Positions 24,012 to 26,501 of a stretch of DNA of 26,501 nucleotides are shown here, one piece after another. Numbering within the stretch: the first letter of the stretch is position 1; each line of letters begins with the position of its first letter. The DNA comes from a virus (Duplodnaviria; Caudoviricetes): positions 1-26,501 of the IMG/VR virus record IMGVR_UViG_3300014656_000112; one strand, 5' to 3'. The position numbers and the translations under genes were made by a program. Under the pieces are notes generated by a model. It had not been told where the DNA came from. It searched no databases and was given only the letters and a program-made list of their open reading frames with translations.

Positions 24012-26501
24012 ATGCCAATCGTAAACATTCCGGATAAAGAGATGGTCATCCGGTTCCCGGATGACATGCCGTCCGATGCCGTAGAGCGGGCGATTTATAC
24101 GGATGTGTATGACCGGCCTGTTCTTCACCAGGCGGAACCGCCAAGTGTCATTGATAAGGCGCAGCGTTTTGTCTCCGATCTGTTCCGCGACCGGGATCCC
24201 GGCGCCGGGCCGGTTACTGAAAAAGATTGGGAGGCGTTTGAGCCGCATAGCGCAGAGCGCACAGGGCAGAGCGATTCCGAGTTTAACAAATGGTATGGAA
24301 CAATCGCAAAACAAACTGGTCTTTCCCCAGACCCAGATGATCCCAGACATCATTATAATTATCGTGCGGCCTATTCCGCTGGTGTCCAAGGCCCAGACAC
24401 TTCGGGGCATTGGCCGTCTCGTTTCAAGTCTCAGGATCATCCAAATAGGTTTGTTAATGGGATAGATACTATTACTGGGCAACCCGTGCAAGCTCCAAAG
24501 CTTCCAGAAGGCTTTGAGATAGAAAGTCCAAGTGACTTGGGCCTTCAAAACCGGTACAAGACAATAGATGAAGTCAAAGAACGCAAGCCGACGGGAAGTG
24601 AGGTTGATTATTTTAAAAACAATCCAAATGTTTCCGGAATGGCAACGAGCGACAATGCTGTTATTTTAAATCCGTTTAGTTCATTATCGGCTCAAGAAAA
24701 AGCTGCGGTCTTAACAAATGAAAAATCTCGTGTTTATATGCGGGGTAGTGGCATCCGACCGGACTTTACATTGACGCAAAAACAAAAAAAAGCTTTTAGT
24801 AACTACGGATCAGAGCAAGACATTAAAGAAACAATCGCTGCCAGAATTTTGTCTGGTGATCCGAGCGCAGGAGAGTTCCCCCAAGAACAACAAAAATGGG
24901 TAGACGATAATCTTTCGTCGCATCGACTTGTTAATGGAATAGATACTATTACGGGGCAACCCGAAGCTCAAAGCTCAAAGCTAAAAACCGTTAAGCAATA
25001 CGCCGCATATGTCCCGTACCTGGCCGTCAAGGCCTTCCATGGAGTTATTGATCCGCTTCTTGTTCCTAAAAGGCCGGATTCTCCCGAATCTATTGATTAC
25101 ACCCTCCGGGCCGCCACGGAGTATTGGCGAAAGCAGATTGGAGACAGCGTCACGATCCCGAACGTCGGTATCGGCTTTGATGATGAAGGCGGCTTGCGGA
25201 TCGAACCCAGGGAGCCTATCCCCTTTGCCGACCTCCTTGGCCAGACCGCGGAAGTGACCGGGGCCGTAGCCGGACCGGTGCGGGCTGCTTCAGGCGCTGC
25301 AAGGCTGTTGACCGATGCCGTAAAATTAAACCGGTACGCCCGGCCGTTTTACCAGTCAATAGCCCGCGGCATGGTCACCGGCGCTTTGCTTGGCGAAGGA
25401 GAAAAAGACCAAACGCTTGAGAACATGGCCTTGTTCGGCACGTTTGAGCCGCTTGCCCATGCAATAAATAAAACGGGTCGATTATTAAAGCTTCCTCCTA
25501 AAGAGGCTTCTAAAATAATAAAAGAAGGAATTGCCCGTCCCGTCAAAGCGATAAAAGAATCTCTTCAATATCGCCGCATGACAATAAAAGAGCGTGGCTT
25601 GGTGCTACAAAGTTTAGATGAGACCGTTCAAAACACGGCGAAATATGTGGAAGAAATAGTAAATAAAGGTACATTAATTCGCTTAAAAGCAAACCCGCCA
25701 GAAGGTCTTAGAGAGATATTGAAACATACTGAGGCCCAAATTCTGAAGAAATGGAACAACCCGACGTGGAGAAACGAGGCATTAGCCAGACGAATGGCTC
25801 CAGCGCCGAAAGAGCCCTTCGTAAAGACCGCACCTGTCATTGATAAAGCCGCCCAGGCGGCCGCTACCTCTCCTAAAAGCCCTGCCCCTGCCCCGACTGA
25901 GGCGCAGATAAAAGCCGGCAATTACCAGAAAGGGCATATCAAGCTGCACGGCTTTGATATCTCCATAGAGAATCCCAAAGGCTCGACCCGGGCCGGAACT
26001 GATCCCGGCGGTAAAGAATGGTCCGTTACCATGAAAGACCATTACGGCTATATCAAAGAAACCAGGGGTAAGGACAAGGAACACCTTGATGTTTTTATCG
26101 GCCCGGATCCTGAAAGCGAAATAGTGTTCGTGGTGGACCAGGTAGATCCCCGGACCGGCAAGTTTGATGAGCATAAGATTTTGATGGGGTATAAGACCAT
26201 GCCGGAAGCAAAGGCAGGGTATCTGGCGAATTATGAAAAGGGCTGGCAGGGTATTGGAAGTATGGCCGGGATGAAGCTGGAGGATTTTAAGGCGTGGACG
26301 AAGGAGGGGGATACTGTAAAGGCGATAGGACTTAAGGGCTCAAGGCTCAAGGCTGAAGGCTCAACCCTGGCCAAGACCCCTTCCATTTCTAAGGAAGCCC
26401 AACCTGAACCTATCATCGAGACCGTAGGCAAAGATAAAAAAGTTTCCGTTCCTTTAACCAGGGCCGAAGAAAAACAACTTACTCCCCAAAAGCAAAAGGC
26501 A
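24012..26501 (+). CDS. large polyvalent/ejection protein with InPase domain (3'-truncated; not in ORF track)
   Basis: Hand translation from ATG 24012 (MPIVNIPDKEMVIRFPDDM) is open for 830 codons. About 25893-26310 reads PTEAQIKAGNYQKGH...ISIENPKGSTR...HYGYIKETRGKDKEHLDVFIGP...VVDQ...FDEHK, the inorganic-pyrophosphatase-like domain of phage polyvalent proteins. Confidence 0.9.
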   Translation, partial: MPIVNIPDKEMVIRFPDDMPSDAVERAIYTDVYDRPVLHQAEPPSVIDKAQRFVSDLFRDRDPGAGPVTEKDWEAFEPHSAERTGQSDSEFNKWYGTIAKQTGLSPDPDDPRHHYNYRAAYSAGVQGPDTSGHWPSRFKSQDHPNRFVNGIDTITGQPVQAPKLPEGFEIESPSDLGLQNRYKTIDEVKERKPTGSEVDYFKNNPNVSGMATSDNAVILNPFSSLSAQEKAAVLTNEKSRVYMRGSGIRPDFTLTQKQKKAFSNYGSEQDIKETIAARILSGDPSAGEFPQEQQKWVDDNLSSHRLVNGIDTITGQPEAQSSKLKTVKQYAAYVPYLAVKAFHGVIDPLLVPKRPDSPESIDYTLRAATEYWRKQIGDSVTIPNVGIGFDDEGGLRIEPREPIPFADLLGQTAEVTGAVAGPVRAASGAARLLTDAVKLNRYARPFYQSIARGMVTGALLGEGEKDQTLENMALFGTFEPLAHAINKTGRLLKLPPKEASKIIKEGIARPVKAIKESLQYRRMTIKERGLVLQSLDETVQNTAKYVEEIVNKGTLIRLKANPPEGLREILKHTEAQILKKWNNPTWRNEALARRMAPAPKEPFVKTAPVIDKAAQAAATSPKSPAPAPTEAQIKAGNYQKGHIKLHGFDISIENPKGSTRAGTDPGGKEWSVTMKDHYGYIKETRGKDKEHLDVFIGPDPESEIVFVVDQVDPRTGKFDEHKILMGYKTMPEAKAGYLANYEKGWQGIGSMAGMKLEDFKAWTKEGDTVKAIGLKGSRLKAEGSTLAKTPSISKEAQPEPIIETVGKDKKVSVPLTRAEEKQLTPQKQKA
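24451..24963 (+). repeat. 36-bp direct repeat pair inside the polyvalent gene
   Basis: 24451-24486 and 24928-24963 match at 34/36; both encode VNGIDTITGQP; 477 bp apart. Confidence 0.9.

Overview
The whole window is phage DNA: a prophage or phage contig with a P22-like short-tailed (podovirus) virion module and no host housekeeping genes. From left to right it holds: the 3' end of a P4/D5-type primase-helicase; three small minus-strand genes, one a 59-aa KorA/TrfB-like HTH missing from the ORF track; a ~280-bp mirror-symmetric iteron array (probable origin); a serine resolvase/invertase; a phased-repeat late-promoter/pac-like region; then a plus-strand late operon. The operon encodes TerS, lambda-GpA-type TerL, portal, a GroES-like protein, scaffold, capsid decoration, major capsid, six accessory virion genes, head-tail adaptor, gp10-like hub, tail fibre, needle-like protein, two ejection proteins and a >830-aa InPase-containing polyvalent protein that runs off the end and is also missing from the track. 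The most unusual signals are: (1) an antisense HNH endonuclease that apparently truncated a gene and supplied a replacement 5' end; (2) in-frame modules in the polyvalent protein bounded by a 36-bp direct repeat and heptamer tracts; (3) REP/REPIN and other miniature palindromes in late-operon spacers, one interrupting a perfect hairpin and one a Shine-Dalgarno; (4) one beta-domain shared by two neck genes. All product calls come from motif recognition and gene order; no database search was run.
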